A stretch of DNA of 64,000 nucleotides from Mycobacterium sp. Its GTDB lineage: Bacteria; Actinomycetota; Actinomycetes; Mycobacteriales; Mycobacteriaceae. Positions 59,018 through 64,000 of this stretch are shown in pieces (position 1 is the first letter of the stretch; every line of letters begins with the position of its first letter). The stretch covers positions 8,599 to 72,598 of the forward strand of contig JAGQTU010000011.1 in the NCBI GenBank assembly GCA_020438865.1, in the 5' to 3' direction. The translations under genes and the position numbers were made by a program. The notes under the pieces are model-generated. The model ran no database searches and was not told where the DNA came from. It saw nothing but the letters and a program-made list of their open reading frames with translations.

Positions 59018-59881
59018 TCAGCCGAGCGAGAAGGTGGCGTGCTTGGCGGCCGACAGATCGTCGATCGTCGGCCACTGCGCGGCCACGTCGTCGACCGTCG
59101 GCACGTGATCGAAGGTGACGCCCTCGTTCTGGAACAGGGCGGCCCGCTGCACCTTGCCGCCGCCGACGATGAACACCGAAGCGGTGTCCGGCACCTCCTC
59201 GGTGCACAGGTAGGCCACCACCGGCGCCACGTACTCCGGGGTGAGCTTCTTGAACACCTCGGGCGGCAGGATGTCCTCGGTCATGCGGGTCGCCGCGATG
59301 GGTGCCAACGCGTTGGCCTTGATGTTGTACTTCGCGCCCTCTTGGGCCAGCGTGTTGATCAGGCCGACCAGGCCAAGCTTCGCGGCGCTGTAGTTAGCCT
59401 GACCGAAGTTCCCGAACAGGCCGCTGGTGGAGGTGTCGACCACGATGCGGCCCTAGCTCTGCTCGCGGAAGTGCGGCCAGGCGGCCCGGATGACGTTGTA
59501 GCCGCCGTAGAGGTGGACCTTGAGCACCGAATCCCAGTTCTCGAACGGCATCTTGTGGAATGTGCCGTCCCGCAGGATTCCGGCGTTGCTCACGACACCG
59601 TCGATCTTGCCGAACTCGTCCAGGGCGGTCTTGACGATGTTCTCGGCGCCCTCGGCTTCGGCCACGCTGTCGTAGTTGGCCACCGCGCGGCCCCCGGCGT
59701 CCTTGATCTCCGCGACCACCTGATCGGCCATCGAATGGCCGGCGCCGGTGCCGTCGCGCGCCCCGCCGAGGTCGTTCACCACCACGCTGGCGCCCTCGCG
59801 GGCCAGCGTCAGGGCGTACTCGCGGCCCAGACCACCTCCGGCGCCGGTGACGACGATGACACGATCCGCAACTCCGGGCAT
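59018..59881 (-). pseudogene. SDR/MFE-2-like dehydrogenase (Rv0148 homologue) interrupted by an in-frame TAG
   Basis: [20 protein letters not shown], then EQS*GRI with TAG at 59453-59455, then in-frame NFGQANYSAAK. Confidence 0.85.
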
Positions 59882-59988
59882 GAGCTTCCCTTTCTCCGGC
59901 CTTCCGATGGGCGGGTGATCAACACTCCACCCGGCGCTGGCCATCGTAACCAGCGAGCCGGTCGGCCGATCACGCCGGTCAGGGGTGC

Positions 59989-60060
59989 CGAGTCTGCGTA
60001 TGGCTCACCGACTCTGCGTACTGGTCGCCGTTTCGCGCGGTACCTTCGGCCGCAGCGTCG
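59989..60060. repeat. Degenerate intergenic REP-like repeat/hairpin
   Basis: cgagtctgcgta and cgactctgcgta 20 bp apart; the second copy pairs with cgcagcgtcg at 60051-60060. Confidence 0.45.
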
Positions 60061-60074
60061 ATGCGGTACCGCGG

Positions 60075-61076
<1,002 letters not shown>

Positions 61077-61152
61077 TCAATTGATAGCCATGCTACCTAA
61101 AAACTTAGCCAAGCTATGCGGCGTTGTGGCCGACATCACCGGCAGGCGGCAC

Positions 61153-61788
61153 TCAGTGCGTGTCCTGCCACGCCCTGCCGTCGAGAAGCTGCAGGAAGTG
61201 GTCGGTGATCGCAGTCAGCCGCTCCGGGCTGCCGACGAAGCCGGCATAGAAGCCGAGGCCCCAGAGCGACGCGACCAGCATCTCGGCCGCGGCGTCCATG
61301 TCGATGTCCGCCCGAAGCTCACCGCTGCGCACCGCGTCCTTGACCGCGGAGGCCACGAACGACCGCACGAACTCCAGGGAGTCGTTACCGACCTGGCTGA
61401 GTTCGGGATGTCGTTGTGACTCGAGCACCGAGGTCACCAGGAAGGCGGCAGCGGAGCGGTCCTGTCCCTGCACCTGCAGGGCGGACTGGACGAACACCCG
61501 CATCCGGCCCGAAAGCGTGGACTCGCGCTGCGCGAGTTCCACGCTCGAGGCGATCATCAGGGCGTTGGTCAGGTCGACTACTTCCTGATACAGCACTCGC
61601 TTGCTGGCGAAGTAGTGATTGATGGCTGGCCGGGTCAGGTCGGCGCGGATGGCGATCGCCTGGAAGGTGGCAGCGTCGTACCCCAGTTCGCTGAACACCT
61701 CACGGGCTGCGCGCAGGATGCGCTCACGCGTTTCCGCCGCCTTTGCTGCAGGGGGGCGACCCGGACCCCGACTGGCTGTATGCGGCAC
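61153..61788 (-). CDS. TetR-family regulator (Rv0144 homologue)
   Basis: GRPPAAKAAETRERIL...LTRPAINHYFASK. Confidence 0.9.
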   Translation of the reverse strand: MPHTASRGPGRPPAAKAAETRERILRAAREVFSELGYDAATFQAIAIRADLTRPAINHYFASKRVLYQEVVDLTNALMIASSVELAQRESTLSGRMRVFVQSALQVQGQDRSAAAFLVTSVLESQRHPELSQVGNDSLEFVRSFVASAVKDAVRSGELRADIDMDAAAEMLVASLWGLGFYAGFVGSPERLTAITDHFLQLLDGRAWQDTH

Positions 61789-62121
61789 CCTTCAATAGTG
61801 CCACACGAACGAGCGGTATTTGACGGCAGTCGACATTTGTTTGCCGATTACACCTTCTTGATTCCGGCGGAACGCATTGCCGCTTCTGTGACCCCTTGTT
61901 GCGGTTGATATTTCACATATGCGCAGATTGCTCCCGGGACCCGGGTTGGTTTTCTTCGCAGCAAATTACCGCCCACCGGCCGTTTGGATACGTCACTGGT
62001 GTCAATTTCATGTTCGGAATTCGGCACGGAAATTCGCTCTGAAGGGGCGCCACCGCATTGTTGCCCGCTGAGCACCACGCGCAGCGACTAGGCGTGTTTG
62101 CCGAGCGTCCCTTACCCCGGC

Positions 62122-63522
62122 CTACATCAGCTTGCGCATGATCTTGATCGCCCGGTCGGTGTAGGGCGGGTACATCAGACTCGGGTCCGGCTTGTTCGGC
62201 TTCGCCAGCACGGCCCGGCGGTGGCTCAGGGCCTCGAACCCCCACTTGCCGTGGTAGGCGCCTATCCCGCTGGCGCCCACACCGCCGAACGGCAGCTGCG
62301 GCGCCAGGCAGTGCATTGCGATGTGGTTGATCACCGCACCGCCGGACGGCATCCGGTCGATCAACTCCCGGCCCTGCTGCTGCGACGAGGTGAACACGTA
62401 CAGCGCCAGCGGCTTGGGCCGGGCGTTGACGAACCGCACCGCCGCCTCGGGCGAGTCGACGGTGATGATCGGCAGGATCGGGCCGAAGATCTCGTCGGTC
62501 ATGACCGGGTCGTCCGGCCCGGGCTCGAGGATCACCGTCGGTTCGATCCGCAGGGTCGAGCGGTCCGAACCGCCGCCGGTGACGACCTTGCCGCCGGTCG
62601 CGCTGATCAGCGAGACCAGCCGGTCGAACTGCCGCTCGTTGACGATCCGCAGCGACGGATCCGGCTCGGTCGCGCGGAACTCGGCGATCGTGGCGACGAT
62701 CTTGTCGGTGAGCTCCGCGACGATCTTGCGGTCGGCCAGGACGTAGTCCGGGGCGATACAGGTCTGGCCGGAGTTGAGCAGCTTGATCCAGGCGATGCGC
62801 CGTGCGGCCACGTCGATGTCGGCGCTCTCGGTCACCAGCACCGGGCTCTTGCCGCCGAGTTCGAGGGTAACCGGCGTCAGGGTTGGCGCGGCGGCCGCCA
62901 TGATCTTGCGCCCGATCTCGGTGCCGCCGGTGAACAGCGCGTGGTCGAAGCCCTGGGCCATCAGGTCCTGGGTGGTCGCGGCGTCACCTTCCACCACCCG
63001 GATGGCATCGGTGTCGAGGTAGCGGGGCACCAGCCGGGCAATCACCGCGGAGGTGGCCGGCGCCAGTTCGGAGGGTTTGATCACCACCGCGTTGCCGGCC
63101 GCGACCGCGGCCACCACCGGGGCCATGCACAGGTAGAACGGGTAGTTCCATGGCCCGATCACCAGGATCACGCCCAGCGGGTCGTACTGCACCCATGCCC
63201 GGCCGGGTCGCTGCGCCAGCGGAAGCCCCTGCCGGCGCGGCCGAACCCACTTCCTCAGGTGCTTGCGGGCGAAGGCCGCCTCGGCCTTGGTCGAGGCGAT
63301 GTCACCGAGCCAGGCCTCGAAGGCGGAGCGACCCAGATCCCCCGCCAGCGCCTCGGCGATCTCCGGCTCGCTCTCCTCGCACATCTTCTCGATGGCCCGA
63401 AGTTGCTCGGCCCGCCACTGCAGCGAGCGGGTGCGCCCGCTGTTGAACACACCGCGCACCTCGGCCAGGACACCGGCCGCGCCGCCGTCGGTGGCCTGGT
63501 CACTCGTGATCTGGACTGTCAT
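62122..63522 (-). CDS. Aldehyde dehydrogenase, ALDH3-like (Rv0147 homologue)
   Basis: GPWNYP, KPSE, FTGG, LELGGKSP, GQTCIAPDY, EIFGP, FGGVGASG. Confidence 0.93.
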   Translation of the reverse strand: MTVQITSDQATDGGAAGVLAEVRGVFNSGRTRSLQWRAEQLRAIEKMCEESEPEIAEALAGDLGRSAFEAWLGDIASTKAEAAFARKHLRKWVRPRRQGLPLAQRPGRAWVQYDPLGVILVIGPWNYPFYLCMAPVVAAVAAGNAVVIKPSELAPATSAVIARLVPRYLDTDAIRVVEGDAATTQDLMAQGFDHALFTGGTEIGRKIMAAAAPTLTPVTLELGGKSPVLVTESADIDVAARRIAWIKLLNSGQTCIAPDYVLADRKIVAELTDKIVATIAEFRATEPDPSLRIVNERQFDRLVSLISATGGKVVTGGGSDRSTLRIEPTVILEPGPDDPVMTDEIFGPILPIITVDSPEAAVRFVNARPKPLALYVFTSSQQQGRELIDRMPSGGAVINHIAMHCLAPQLPFGGVGASGIGAYHGKWGFEALSHRRAVLAKPNKPDPSLMYPPYTDRAIKIMRKLM

Positions 63523-63667
63523 TGCAAACTCCTCGAAACTCCTTGATCCGATCCCGTGAGTCCAGCTTGCCCCACGATCACGGGGCCGCGACAGCCCCGC
63601 TCACAAATCGGCGTCGATCCTGCTCGCCGCACCATCGGCGGGTGCCGAAGAACTATGGTCTTAATCC

Positions 63668-64000
63668 ATGGCAACACTCGCGAACCGCGAGGCGTACTTC
63701 GAGACGGGCCTCGACGTACTGGCCGATCTGGGCTACGGCGGACTGAAGCTGGCGGAGGTCTGCAACCGGCTCGGTGTGACGACCGGATCGTTTTACCACT
63801 ACTTCGCCAGCTGGCCCGCCTACTGCCGCGAGCTCATCACATTTTGGGTCCAGGACCGCACCGTGCGGATGGCGCAGGCCTTCAGTGCGGTCAGCGACCC
63901 GCGGGAACGGATGCAGGTGATCATCCGGGTGGCGCTGTCGCTGCCCCACGGCGCCGAGGCCGCCATTCGGGCGTGGAGTTCGGTGGATGCCGATGTCCAC
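63668..64000 (+). CDS. TetR-family regulator, 3' part outside window (missing from the ORF track)
   Basis: My translation: MATLANREAYFETGLDVLADLGYGGLKLAEVCNRLGVTTGSFYHYF; TATGGT lies 8 nt upstream. Confidence 0.85.
   Translation, partial: MATLANREAYFETGLDVLADLGYGGLKLAEVCNRLGVTTGSFYHYFASWPAYCRELITFWVQDRTVRMAQAFSAVSDPRERMQVIIRVALSLPHGAEAAIRAWSSVDADVH

Noticed and set aside
59453-59455. Programmed read-through (pyrrolysine or selenocysteine) of the SDR stop
   Set aside because: No pyl or sel machinery in the window, TAG would not encode Sec, and the position corresponds to an ordinary Tyr; a nonsense change or sequencing error is simpler.

Overview
High-GC mycobacterial chromosome segment (probably a non-tuberculous Mycobacterium/Mycolicibacterium; inference from gene content). 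It follows, in reverse order, the M. tuberculosis H37Rv region from about Rv0202c (mmpL11) to Rv0144: mmpL11, omamA, zmp1, an L,D-transpeptidase, ricR, ilvD, sigG, lprO, a complete mce1 locus (mce1R, fadD5, yrbE1AB, mce1A-F, mam1A-D), pntAa/Ab/B, fadE2, ptbB and several TetR regulators. Accessory genes are interspersed: a DUF305 copper-type lipoprotein, an IclR/FAD-oxidase/PhlG-like hydrolase unit, NAD-dependent LDH, a ferritin-like protein, a hemophore-like protein, and a NarL-type two-component system beside a small secreted protein. I found no rRNA, tRNA, IS element, prophage or CRISPR array. Main observations: (1) the MmpL11 C-terminal domain resembles a degenerate AbiEii/MenT nucleotidyltransferase and is coupled to an XRE-HTH gene, like a domesticated toxin-antitoxin pair; (2) an exact RicR operator lies over the DUF305-ricR promoter; (3) a PhlG-type hydrolase operon has tandem IclR boxes; (4) a lipoprotein alpha/beta-hydrolase lacks its catalytic Ser; (5) a MIRU-like translational relay repeat and a PafBC-type promoter precede sigG; (6) there are two apparent gene lesions (ptbB 5' frameshift, Rv0148-like SDR nonsense codon). 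All homology assignments are from recognition of sequence motifs and remembered synteny, not from database searches. Many starts were moved from the ORF track using RBS, -10 or overlap evidence.
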